Positions 9,433 through 18,563 are shown, counted from the stretch's first letter. The stretch is 43,889 nucleotides of DNA from an uncultured Porphyromonadaceae bacterium (GCA_947178245.1 CAMWXO010000001.1:1-43889), one strand, 5' to 3'. Numbers and translations: made by a program. The notes: generated from the sequence alone by a model not told the origin.

Positions 9433-9482
9433 CATCAAAATCTAAAAATATTCAACTGAAACATCACATTAACCTTATCAAA

Positions 9483-10910
9483 ATGAAAAGAATACTGCCT
9501 GCGTTCGCACTCATCGGCGCTCTTGCCCTTTCCTCATGTGCGGGGAAAGGAGCCGCAAAAATTGCAGAATATCAGGAGAGGGACTCCACGTATACCAATG
9601 TGCAGCATCCCGACTGGAGCCGCAATGCGGTGATCTATGAAGTCAATCTGCGTCAATATTCCGACGACGGCAAGGTGACGTCTTTTCAGAAGCACCTCCC
9701 GCGCCTGAAAGACCTCGGCGTCGATATCCTCTGGATGATGCCGGTGCATCCGATCAGCAAGCAAGACCGCAAGGGCACCCTCGGAAGTTACTATTCCGTG
9801 GCTGACTATGAGGCGTTCAATCCTGAATTCGGAACGATTGATGAGTTTAAGGAGATGGTGAAAGATGCCCACGGTAAGGGGATGAAGGTGATACTCGACT
9901 GGGTGCCCAACCATTCCGGACGCGACAACAAGTGGGTCACCGAGCATCCCGACTGGTATGAGACCGACTCGCTCGGGAATATGAAAGGGGTCTATGACTG
10001 GACAGATGTCTACGTGTTTGATTATTCCAATCCCGAGATGCGTAAGGGTATGATCGACGCCATGAAATTCTGGCTCGCCGAAGTGGGGGTGGATGGTTTC
10101 CGCTGCGATGTGGCGGGAGAGGTTCCCACCGATTTCTGGGATGAGGCCCGTCCGCAGCTGGAGGCTGTGAAGCCCGAACTGTTCATGCTGGCCGAGGCAA
10201 GCATGCCTGAGCTCCAGAAGAACGGTTTCGATATGGGCTATAACTGGCCGATGAAAGACCTCTTCAGCGAGATCGCCGCAACTTCCGGCCAATACTCATT
10301 CAAGGGTAGCGACGGAAAGGTCAGGGAGTTTCCCGAAAAGCATGCCGTGGCTATCCCCGAACTTGTGGCTGAGCAGGCAAAAGGCTATCCGAAAGATACA
10401 TATCTCATGAATATGGTGACCAACCACGATCTCAACTCATGGGAGGGGACGGAGTTCGACCGTCTCGGAAACCTGACGGATGCCTTCGCGGTGCTCTCCT
10501 ACACTCTCCCCGGAATGCCTATGATCTATACCGGTCAGGAGACCGGTATGAACCGCGCCTTCCAGTTCTTTGAGAAAGACAACGCTCCGCAGTGGGAGCC
10601 GCGCAATGAATACTTCACTTTCTATCAGAAACTCAATGCCCTGAAGCACTCTCAGAAGGCACTTGCGGCCGGCATGGAGGGAGGCGACCTCAAGACATAT
10701 AAAACCACAAGCCCCGATCTGCTCGCTTTCTCGCGTGAGAAGGATGGATCAGAAATTGTGGTGATGGTCAATCTCGGCAACGAGGAAAAGGCCGTGGAAT
10801 GGCTCGGCGACAAGCCCAACGTGTCGGGAATGAAAGACTATTTCCGCGACGAGCCTGCCGATCTTCCCGATTCTCTCGAACCCGGAGAGTATCTGGTAAT
10901 GGTCAGATAA
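9483..10910 (+). CDS. GH13 alpha-amylase family lipoprotein
   Basis: Lipobox LALSSC, IYEVNLRQ, DWVPNH, GFRCDVA (nucleophile), LAEA (acid/base), TNHD. Confidence 0.9.
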   Translation: MKRILPAFALIGALALSSCAGKGAAKIAEYQERDSTYTNVQHPDWSRNAVIYEVNLRQYSDDGKVTSFQKHLPRLKDLGVDILWMMPVHPISKQDRKGTLGSYYSVADYEAFNPEFGTIDEFKEMVKDAHGKGMKVILDWVPNHSGRDNKWVTEHPDWYETDSLGNMKGVYDWTDVYVFDYSNPEMRKGMIDAMKFWLAEVGVDGFRCDVAGEVPTDFWDEARPQLEAVKPELFMLAEASMPELQKNGFDMGYNWPMKDLFSEIAATSGQYSFKGSDGKVREFPEKHAVAIPELVAEQAKGYPKDTYLMNMVTNHDLNSWEGTEFDRLGNLTDAFAVLSYTLPGMPMIYTGQETGMNRAFQFFEKDNAPQWEPRNEYFTFYQKLNALKHSQKALAAGMEGGDLKTYKTTSPDLLAFSREKDGSEIVVMVNLGNEEKAVEWLGDKPNVSGMKDYFRDEPADLPDSLEPGEYLVMVR

Positions 10911-10920
10911 AAGAAAACGG

Positions 10921-10994
10921 ACTAATTCCCAATCAGCTGCGCTCAAGCTGAAGATATTCTCAATTCCCAATTCTCAATTCTCAATTCTCAATTA
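10921..10994. repeat. Intergenic 7-bp (ATTCTCA/ATTCCCA) tandem array with small hairpin CAGCT-N7-AGCTG
   Basis: attctca attccca attctca attctca attctca; reverse complement matches the element at 38531-38692. Confidence 0.85.
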
Positions 10995-11897
10995 ATGAAG
11001 ATTCTGCTTACCGGAGCATCCGGCTTGCTGGGCAGATACCTCCTGCCCATGCTGCGCGCCGACAGCGACGTGAAGACTCTGCAGCGCCGAGGCGCAGACT
11101 TCTGCTGCGACCTTGCGGAAGACGTGCCGCAGTTGGGTGGGGAACGCTTCGATATGGTGATACATGCTGCCGGATCTTTCGATGAATCCGAGGCTTTTCG
11201 TGTAAACTACGATGGCACGGCACACCTGCTCGAGGCGCTTGAGGCGCATCATCCGCGGCAGATAATCTTTCTGTCCTCATGGGAGGTATATAGTCCGGAC
11301 GCGGGTGAAAATGTGGAGGAGACGCATCAGACATGGGCTTCATCCAAGGTGGGGCAATCGAAAGCCCGTGCCGAGCAGTTGCTTGCCGGATGGTGTGCCG
11401 AAAGAAATGTGACGCTCACCATCCTGCGCCCGGCCAGAATGATGGGAAAAGGAGTGAAGGGTGAGATGCGTACGCTCTTCAATGATGTGGCGACCGGCCG
11501 CTACATCCATGTGCGCGGCAATGATGCGCGTCTTAGTCTTGTATGTGCTCTCGATGTGGCCAAGGCTATAAAAAACCTCGGTTTCATCGGAGGAATTTAC
11601 AATGTGGCCGACGATGCTCCATCCCGTTGGATAGATCTTGCCGAGGCCATGAGCGCCAATTGCGGAGCCATGAAGAGGCAGACTTTCCTTCCGGAGAAAT
11701 GGGCGGATGCGGCCTGGAGGTTCACTCCGTGGCTGCCGGCCGTGAAGGCTTCGCTCTCACCTGATGTCCGCGCGCGTCGCTCCAAGAGCCTCACGCTCTC
11801 GTCAGGGGCCCTGAAGGAAGTCCTGCCGCAATGGATGGCGTTCCCCACAGTAGACGTTGTCAGTCGCACGGATAAGGATTACCCTTACGAAGATTGA
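10995..11897 (+). CDS. NAD-dependent epimerase/dehydratase (extended SDR), atypical active site
   Basis: LLTGASGLLG, VIHAAG, VNYDGT, IFLSS, TILRP; the YxxxK position reads VGQSK. Confidence 0.8.
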   Translation: MKILLTGASGLLGRYLLPMLRADSDVKTLQRRGADFCCDLAEDVPQLGGERFDMVIHAAGSFDESEAFRVNYDGTAHLLEALEAHHPRQIIFLSSWEVYSPDAGENVEETHQTWASSKVGQSKARAEQLLAGWCAERNVTLTILRPARMMGKGVKGEMRTLFNDVATGRYIHVRGNDARLSLVCALDVAKAIKNLGFIGGIYNVADDAPSRWIDLAEAMSANCGAMKRQTFLPEKWADAAWRFTPWLPAVKASLSPDVRARRSKSLTLSSGALKEVLPQWMAFPTVDVVSRTDKDYPYED

Positions 11898-11931
11898 AGT
11901 TGAATCCAAAATATTGTATCTGCAGGTGAAC

Positions 11932-12765
11932 ATGATATTGAATTTCCTCGATGGAATCGCATCTTTCGGTAAGGTGATGCTGCGTTCCGGCCGGCCTTCC
12001 GCGGCCGGAAAGGTAAAGGACGGGAGCCTTATAATCATGGGCAACGGGCCGTCGTTGCGGCAGACTATCGCCGACCACGGCGACCTGCTGAGGTCTTCGG
12101 CTGCATTGGCTGTGAATTTCGCTGCCAACGCCCCCGAATTTCCCGATCTGAAGCCCTGCCTCTACGTGCTCGCCGACCCTCATTTCTTCAAGGGGATGCA
12201 GACCGATCCGAATGTGGAGCGGCTTTGGAAGAATCTGTCGGCAGTGACGTGGCCGATGACGCTGTTCGTGCCGTGCAAGTCAAAAATTCCCGAATTCATC
12301 GGAGAAAATCGATATATATCCGTAAAGAAGTTCAATCTCACTCCGGGCGAGGGAAGCCCCTGCCTCGTGCACTGGCTCTATCGCCGTGGCCTTGCGATGC
12401 CCCGGCCGCGCAATGTGCTCATCGCCGCCATAATGGTGGCCCTGCGCGAAGGCTACCGTGATATCCGGATAGTCGGGGCTGACCACACGTGGAGCCGCGA
12501 CCTCTGGGTGGATGATGAAAACCGGGTGATATCGGTGCAGCCGCATTTCTATAAGGACAACGAGAAGGAGCATGAGCGTGTGGCTAAGGAATATGCCGGC
12601 TATCATCTGCATCATATCCTCAATAGCCTCACGATTGCCTTCCGCTCCTATCATCATATCGCGGAGTATGCCGCCTCGATCGGCGCCCGTATCGTAAACT
12701 GCACGCCCGGAAGCTTCATCGATGCCTTCCCCCGCTCATCGCTTCAGTCTAAATATTCAGAATGA
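11932..12765 (+). CDS. DUF115/Maf / Cst-II(GT42)-like putative glycosyltransferase
   Basis: IIMGNGPSL, AVNF, YVLADP and ALREGYRDIRIVGAD resemble the Maf/MptE-like and Cst-II fold motifs. Confidence 0.62.
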   Translation: MILNFLDGIASFGKVMLRSGRPSAAGKVKDGSLIIMGNGPSLRQTIADHGDLLRSSAALAVNFAANAPEFPDLKPCLYVLADPHFFKGMQTDPNVERLWKNLSAVTWPMTLFVPCKSKIPEFIGENRYISVKKFNLTPGEGSPCLVHWLYRRGLAMPRPRNVLIAAIMVALREGYRDIRIVGADHTWSRDLWVDDENRVISVQPHFYKDNEKEHERVAKEYAGYHLHHILNSLTIAFRSYHHIAEYAASIGARIVNCTPGSFIDAFPRSSLQSKYSE

Positions 12766-12766
12766 C

Positions 12767-14068
12767 ATGCCCGAGAAGATTTCCGCGTCAAGGGGCCTCA
12801 TAGCCCTCTCGCCCATGGTGGTGTTTCTGCTGCTGTATGTGTTTATCTCCGCATTGATCGGAGATTTTTATAAGATACCCATATCAGTGGCGCTGCTGGC
12901 GGCCTCTTTCTGGGCCATATTCATCTACAGGGGCAGAAGCCTCCGCCGGCGCATAGAGACATTCTCATCGGCTGCCGCCGACAGCGACATCATCTATATG
13001 ATATGGATCTTTGTGCTTGCTGGAGCATTCGCTTCCGTAGCCAAAGAAATCGGAGCCGTTGATGCCACGGTCAAGTTCACGCTCGGGATATTTCCCGCCG
13101 AGTATATAGTGCCGACGCTCTTTGTGGCGGCATGCCTGATATCGTTCAGCATCGGCACCTCGGTGGGCACCGTGGTGGCTCTCACGCCGCTCGCGGCGCA
13201 GCTGGCGAGCGCCGAAGGTGGCAATGTGCCCTTTTTCGTGGCCGTGGTGCTGGGCGGAGCCTTTTTCGGAGATAATCTCTCGTTTATCTCCGACACCACT
13301 ATCGCCGCCACCCGCTCGCAGGGATGCAAGATGCAGGACAAGTTCAGGGTGAATCTCTGGATAGCCCTTCCGGCTGCACTCGGAACACTGCTCTGCTATA
13401 TATTCATAGTGCCCGAGGTTCCCGTGGCCTCCGCTCCGGAGGCCGGCGATCCGCTCCTCATGCTGCCCTATCTCGTGGTGATAGTGACGGCTGTGATAGG
13501 AATAAACGTGACACTCGTGCTGACGGCGGGCATCGCCACAGCCTTCGCTCTCGGCCTCGTCAGGGGTGTCAGTGCGCTGGATCTCGCAGCCTTTATGGGT
13601 CTGGGTATCGACGGGATGAGCGACCTCATCATCATCACCCTGCTTGCCTCCGGAATGCTCGGCGTGATAAAGGCCTGCGGAGGCATAGATTTCCTGCTGC
13701 GCATACTGACAGGCCGCATCTCAGGGCTCAGGGGAGCCCAGGCCACTCTTGCCCTGCTTGTGGGGATAGTGAATCTATGCACGGCCAACAATACCGTGGC
13801 CATCATCACCGTCGGCGGCCTTGCCCGCGACATATCGCAACGCTTCGGCATCGATCCCCGCAAGAGCGCTTCGGTGCTCGACACGGCATCGTGCGTGGTG
13901 CAGTGTCTCATCCCTTATGGCGCGCAGACTCTGCTCGCCACTTCTCTCGCAGGCATTTCTCCGGCGGCTCCTTTCCGCTATCTCTACTATCCCTGGGCGC
14001 TTGCTTTCGTGCTGATCCTCTCTATCGTGTTTCTCTTCCCGCGCCGGTATTCCCGCCGGGGAGAATGA
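12767..14068 (+). CDS. NhaC family Na+/H+ antiporter or amino-acid transporter
   Basis: Many hydrophobic helices; SFSIGTSVGT, GGAFFGDNLSFISDTTIAAT, DKFRVN, IPYGAQ. Confidence 0.88.
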   Translation: MPEKISASRGLIALSPMVVFLLLYVFISALIGDFYKIPISVALLAASFWAIFIYRGRSLRRRIETFSSAAADSDIIYMIWIFVLAGAFASVAKEIGAVDATVKFTLGIFPAEYIVPTLFVAACLISFSIGTSVGTVVALTPLAAQLASAEGGNVPFFVAVVLGGAFFGDNLSFISDTTIAATRSQGCKMQDKFRVNLWIALPAALGTLLCYIFIVPEVPVASAPEAGDPLLMLPYLVVIVTAVIGINVTLVLTAGIATAFALGLVRGVSALDLAAFMGLGIDGMSDLIIITLLASGMLGVIKACGGIDFLLRILTGRISGLRGAQATLALLVGIVNLCTANNTVAIITVGGLARDISQRFGIDPRKSASVLDTASCVVQCLIPYGAQTLLATSLAGISPAAPFRYLYYPWALAFVLILSIVFLFPRRYSRRGE

Positions 14069-14073
14069 GCGAT

Positions 14074-14739
14074 TCAAGCCTCCGGCGATGCCAGATAGCG
14101 CGTGGTGCCTATGTGCCGGAAGAGTTCGGCGGTCTTTCTTGCCGGATTGGCGAGAATGGTGTATTTAGGATACTCCATTGCGGTGGGAAGATCTTCGGTA
14201 TTATCCGTGATGAATGATTCGAGCCGCAGATCGCGTTCCCGCATCATTTTCTGTATCTCTTCAAGTTTGGTCTGCCCCTTTATCTCGGTGTAGTCATCGA
14301 AGTCGTCGGTGAAGGGGGTGGCTATTGCCCCGTCGTAGCCAAGTTTCCTGCTCAGGGGCAGCGCATACTCCTCGGGTGCGGCCGTGGCGATGTATACGTC
14401 GCATCCGCGACCCAGGCGCGAATCGGTGTAGGCCTTCACGAGCGGACTGAGTTTGGCGGCAATGTCGCCGGCGGTGGCTTCCCAGTCTTCTTCAGTGAAG
14501 TTGCACCGCGCTTCTTTCGTGAGTTGCCATTTCACACGCAGCGGGTTCTTGAGGCGCATTGTTCCCAGGGCCATCCACCACAGGGCCCGCAATGCCGGGA
14601 GCGGAGCGTGGCGCTTCAGAAGCGTGGGGATGAGCCTGCGCCTGAAGACGCGCATCGAATCGGTCTTTATCAGGGTGTAGTCGAGCGTTACGAATGTGGC
14701 GCCTTTCAGAGTGTTCTGTAGTCTTTCGTCCATGTGCAT
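14074..14739 (-). CDS. HAD-superfamily hydrolase-like protein (motif I degenerate)
   Basis: TLDYTLIKTDS (motif I), IATAA (II), K (III), ITDNTEDLP and ANP (IV). Confidence 0.7.
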   Translation of the reverse strand: MHMDERLQNTLKGATFVTLDYTLIKTDSMRVFRRRLIPTLLKRHAPLPALRALWWMALGTMRLKNPLRVKWQLTKEARCNFTEEDWEATAGDIAAKLSPLVKAYTDSRLGRGCDVYIATAAPEEYALPLSRKLGYDGAIATPFTDDFDDYTEIKGQTKLEEIQKMMRERDLRLESFITDNTEDLPTAMEYPKYTILANPARKTAELFRHIGTTRYLASPEA

Positions 14740-14760
14740 CGTGTCAGTGTGGGTGTCAGG

Positions 14761-15738
14761 TTATTTTGGAGATAACCTTGATATAAGTCTGATAGCCGGC
14801 GTCCCCAAATAGGATATCAGGGCGCCGATTTTATTCTTTATTCTCACTTCGGGATCAGCCAGTATTCCGCTTCGCAGGTCGCGTATCACGCTCAGGCAGC
14901 GTCGCTCCTGCTCCGGATTGCCAACGCCATGCCTTATCATCTCCACCAGCATGTTGTAGTGCGCGCTGAAGCGGCGGTCGCGTGCCGCACGCAGCAGATG
15001 AGCGTCGCGGCCGCTGAAATGCCGCTCTATGCGGTCGGTCACGTCAAGCACGTCGAGCCGGGATGCGCTCCAGCTGTTCATGAAGCTGCCCGGAGTGTCG
15101 CGGTAGAGACATGTCACGGCATCCGTCACGCATATTTCCCCGGCTCGCTCGAAAGCCCGGTAGAAGAAATCGAGATCTTCATAGCGGCAATCGCGGAATC
15201 GCGGGGCTCCGGAGCCCCGCAAGACATCGTGCGCGTAGAGGATGCCGCCGGGATAATTGAATATACGCTTCTGGTAGAGACCTCTGCGTATGGCTTCGTC
15301 GGAAGGCGCGACCTCATGCTTTGCCGTGGCAGAGTCCTTTCCCGTCCATTCGCGGCAAAGTCTTTCGGGGTCTGACGTGCGCAGATATCTTCCTGCCACG
15401 ATTGCGGCTCCTGTCTCGTCATGGAGGCGGAGCATGACGGCAAGTGAATCGGGCGGCAGCATGTCGTCGGCGTCGAGAAATGTCAGCAGGTCTCCGCTTG
15501 ATTCTTCAATGCCTCGGTTGCGGGCTGCCGAGACTCCGGCATTAACCTGCTGCACGAGCCTGAAGCGTGGGTCGCCCGCGCAGTATCGGCGGCATATCTC
15601 GGCCGAATCATCGGTGGAGCCGTCGTCTATCATGATGGCTTCGAAATCGGTGTGGGTCTGTGCGCCAAGCGAATCAAGCGTAGAGCCAATCCACTTCGCG
15701 GCATTCCATACAGGTATCACAACAGAAATCTTGCTCAT
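14761..15738 (-). CDS. GT2 family glycosyltransferase
   Basis: ISVVIPVWN, IDDGSTD, NAGVSAARNRG, FLDADD, YEDL. Confidence 0.93.
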   Translation of the reverse strand: MSKISVVIPVWNAAKWIGSTLDSLGAQTHTDFEAIMIDDGSTDDSAEICRRYCAGDPRFRLVQQVNAGVSAARNRGIEESSGDLLTFLDADDMLPPDSLAVMLRLHDETGAAIVAGRYLRTSDPERLCREWTGKDSATAKHEVAPSDEAIRRGLYQKRIFNYPGGILYAHDVLRGSGAPRFRDCRYEDLDFFYRAFERAGEICVTDAVTCLYRDTPGSFMNSWSASRLDVLDVTDRIERHFSGRDAHLLRAARDRRFSAHYNMLVEMIRHGVGNPEQERRCLSVIRDLRSGILADPEVRIKNKIGALISYLGTPAIRLISRLSPK

Positions 15739-15759
15739 CTCTCCGATAATTTTTCAGTG

Positions 15760-15791
15760 CAAAATTACTGTAAAAAAACCTAACTGCCAAA
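15760..15791 (-). promoter_or_regulatory. Bacteroidetes promoter (-33 TTTG / -7 TAATTTTG) for GT2-HAD
   Basis: Both boxes on the minus strand with 20-bp spacing. Confidence 0.65.
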
Positions 15792-15832
15792 TATTTCGCT
15801 GTGGTCAGCAGCGAAAGTGCCAAAAAAATATT

Positions 15833-15878
15833 TGTGTCATTAAAACATTTTTATTCTTTTATGTGTTATAATTACACA
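15833..15878. promoter_or_regulatory. Two candidate NrtR operators (GT-N7-AC)
   Basis: TGTGT-CATTAAA-ACATT (15833-15849) and perfect-armed TGTGT-TATAATT-ACACA (15862-15878) just upstream of nrtR. Confidence 0.72.
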
Positions 15879-15892
15879 AACATGAACGAAGT

Positions 15893-16681
15893 ATGAGTTA
15901 TACCTACAAATATCCGCATGCCGCACTGACGGCAGACTGCGTGATCTATGGATTTGACGGCGAGCGGCTCAAGATTCTCCTGGTGGAGAGGGGCTTAGAG
16001 CCTTATAAGGGCATGTGGGCGCTACCGGGAGGATTCATGAAGATGGATGAGACCATTGAGGAGACGGCACGCCGTGAACTCTTTGAGGAAACCGGTCTTA
16101 AAGATGTATATATGACGCAGTTCAAGATGTTCAGCTCAGTCGACAGGGATCCACGTGAGAGAGTGGTGACGGTGGTCTTTATGGCGCTCGTGCGTCCGGA
16201 AGATTATCAGCTCGTGGCGGGTGACGACGCTTCAAACGCCCTCTGGTTTGACGAGCGCTATCTTCCTCCCCTCGCGTTCGATCATGAGGAGATAATACGT
16301 GAGGCTCACGTTTATCTTGAGGAGATGCTGCGCCTGAAACCTATCGCTTTTGAATTGCTCAACAAGACTTTCTCGCTGGGAGAACTCCAGAAAGTGTATG
16401 AGGTGATCAACCGCACGACATACGACCGCCGCAATTTTCAGCGCAAGGTGATGCAGAGCGGACTTTTGTCGAGAGTTGATACCCCGGTTTCCTCTTGCAA
16501 CTTTTCGTGTAGCTCCGGGGATAATTTCGAGAGTGATGCCGAACTGAGCGAGACAAAGGCCTCGTTATCACGACGTCCGGGAAGAAAGCCTTCAAGACTC
16601 TTCACGTTCAGAAAGAAGGAAATTATTGATAACGATTCCGAATCTGAGCAATCAGCGATACGCGACATCTTCGACTATTGA
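15893..16681 (+). CDS. nrtR: NrtR family Nudix/winged-helix transcriptional regulator
   Basis: WALPGGF, intact Nudix box, DRDPRERV, LAFDH, then wHTH FSLGELQKVYE...DRRNFQRK...GRKPSRLF. Confidence 0.85.
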   Translation: MSYTYKYPHAALTADCVIYGFDGERLKILLVERGLEPYKGMWALPGGFMKMDETIEETARRELFEETGLKDVYMTQFKMFSSVDRDPRERVVTVVFMALVRPEDYQLVAGDDASNALWFDERYLPPLAFDHEEIIREAHVYLEEMLRLKPIAFELLNKTFSLGELQKVYEVINRTTYDRRNFQRKVMQSGLLSRVDTPVSSCNFSCSSGDNFESDAELSETKASLSRRPGRKPSRLFTFRKKEIIDNDSESEQSAIRDIFDY

Positions 16682-16745
16682 CCCGAACATCGATTGAGAA
16701 TTTCACAACCACCAACTAAAAATATATCACAAAACAATCAAAATC

Positions 16746-17426
16746 ATGAACACAACTGTATTCAATCTAATCATTCTCGACGAGAGCGGCTCAATGAGCG
16801 GACTCACAGAGCAGACTATCTCCGGATGCAACGAGACAATCAATGTGGCGCGTGCCGGCGCGGAAAAGAACGCGGAAACGATGCGCTCGCTCATGTCGGT
16901 CTATGCCTTTCAGGACGGAGGGCCGGTGCGTTCACGCTATATCCTCAAGAACGAGGACGCGGCAAAAGCACGTCATATCACGCATGAGGACTATTCTCCG
17001 TGTGGAAACACCCCGCTGCTCGATGCCGTAGGGAGCACTCTCACCGAGCTGGAAGCCGTGGCCGCTTCTCACGAGGACGCTACAGGAGTGATCACCATCA
17101 TCACCGACGGCTATGAGAATTCCTCTCACCGCTACAGTTGGGCTGATGTGGCCCGCTTGATTGCCCGGTTCAAGGAAAAGGGCTGGATAGTCAATCTCAT
17201 AGGAGCCAACATCGATGTAAACGAGATGGCGGAGAGAATGAATATCGACAACAGGATGGCTTTCTCTGCAAATAAGGGCGACACCAGGAGGATGTGGAGC
17301 GACTATAACAGGAACCTCTCCGACGAGATGGAATGCTACGCCAATGAGTCGAGAATGTGCGACATGAGCGTGGAAGACCGTAAGGAGATGCGCAAGGCGC
17401 GCTCGAAGTCGTTCTTCAGAAGATAG
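16746..17426 (+). CDS. Stand-alone von Willebrand factor A (vWA) domain protein
   Basis: MIDAS motif LDESGSM, TPLLDA, IITDGYEN, LIGAN; no signal peptide. Confidence 0.88.
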   Translation: MNTTVFNLIILDESGSMSGLTEQTISGCNETINVARAGAEKNAETMRSLMSVYAFQDGGPVRSRYILKNEDAAKARHITHEDYSPCGNTPLLDAVGSTLTELEAVAASHEDATGVITIITDGYENSSHRYSWADVARLIARFKEKGWIVNLIGANIDVNEMAERMNIDNRMAFSANKGDTRRMWSDYNRNLSDEMECYANESRMCDMSVEDRKEMRKARSKSFFRR

Positions 17427-17455
17427 TAAGAAATCCGGATTTCGGTCCAAGACGT

Positions 17456-17490
17456 AAAAAATCCTGACATAGGCGGCTATGTCAGGATTT
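17456..17490. terminator. Bidirectional intrinsic terminator
   Basis: AAAAAATCCTGACATAG-GCGG-CTATGTCAGGATTT between convergent vWA and galM. Confidence 0.85.
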
Positions 17491-17512
17491 CTTATCTGTG
17501 CTGATACGTGCG

Positions 17513-18562
17513 TCAGAATGTGTCGAAGCGATATACAATGGTGCGGGCGTAGGGTGCATCCGGAGCCACACGGGGCGATGGGAATGCGGCGCGGTTGGGA
17601 GCGTCGGGGAAGCCCTGTGCCTCCATAGCTACTCCCTCATAGTCCTCGTAGGAGCGTCCTGCCATGTTGGCCGGCGAGCCGGCAAGATAATTGCCCGTGT
17701 AGACCTGCACTCCGGGCTGATCGGTGAGCACCGTGAGGCGGCGGCGCGATTTAGGCGAGCGCAGCACGCAAGCCTCGCGCAGTTCTCCGTTGGGGCCGTC
17801 GATGCAGAAGCAGTGGTCATAGCCCTTTGCATATTTCAGCGGAGTGAAATCCTTGCGGATGTCTTCTCCGAGAGTCTTGAACTCTGTGAAGTCCATCGGA
17901 GTGCCTGCCACAGGCGCCATCTCTCCCGTGGGGATGAGAGTCTCGTCGGTGGGGAGGAAGAATGCCGAGTTCATCTTCAGTTCATGTCCGAGCACCGTTC
18001 TTGAGTCTGCTCCGTCAGCGCCTTCGAGGTTGAAATAGGCGTGGTTGGTGAGATTGACCACCGTGTCGGCGTCAGACTTCGCAGAGAGGTAGATGGTGAG
18101 CTCGTTGTCGTCGTTCCAGATATATTTCACCTCCGCCGTAAGATTGGCGGGATATCCTGCCTCGCCGTCTTTGGAATGATAGCGGAATATCACTCCATCG
18201 GGCAGCTCCTCGGCTTCCCATATCTGATTCTGGAATCCTTCGGGGCCGCCGTGCAGATGATTAGGGCCGTTGTTGATGGGGAGCTCGTAGGTGATGCCGT
18301 CTACCTGAAGCTTTCCCTTGCAGATACGGTTGGCGAAGCGTCCCGGGGTCTTGCCGGCGCAGGGGCCGTCGGCGAGCCAGGAGGCCGGATCTGCATAGCG
18401 AATGGCCACATTCTCCACATCTCCGTTGGCATCGGGCACCGACACCTCGGTGATGCCTGCGCCGAGCGAAGAGAGTTCCACACTTGCGCCGTTGGCGTTG
18501 GTGAGGCGGAAAAGGGTCACTTCTCCTATTGGAGAAGCGGCCTTTCTTGTCGTGATTTCCAT
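17513..18562 (-). CDS. galM: Aldose 1-epimerase (galactose mutarotase)
   Basis: GRFANRI, NHLHGG, NLTNHAYFNL, GYDHCF, QVYTGN, EAQGFPDAPN. Confidence 0.95.
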   Translation of the reverse strand: MEITTRKAASPIGEVTLFRLTNANGASVELSSLGAGITEVSVPDANGDVENVAIRYADPASWLADGPCAGKTPGRFANRICKGKLQVDGITYELPINNGPNHLHGGPEGFQNQIWEAEELPDGVIFRYHSKDGEAGYPANLTAEVKYIWNDDNELTIYLSAKSDADTVVNLTNHAYFNLEGADGADSRTVLGHELKMNSAFFLPTDETLIPTGEMAPVAGTPMDFTEFKTLGEDIRKDFTPLKYAKGYDHCFCIDGPNGELREACVLRSPKSRRRLTVLTDQPGVQVYTGNYLAGSPANMAGRSYEDYEGVAMEAQGFPDAPNRAAFPSPRVAPDAPYARTIVYRFDTF

Positions 18563-18563
18563 A

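Noticed and set aside
7310-10910. Classical SusC/SusD polysaccharide utilisation locus
   Set aside because: Several glycoside hydrolases but no SusC/SusD pair or HTCS/ECF regulator in the window
13324-14217. 297-aa alternate-frame ORF inside nhaC, and similar Arg/Pro-rich ORFs elsewhere
   Set aside because: Low-complexity off-frame products of GC-rich genes with no recognisable domain
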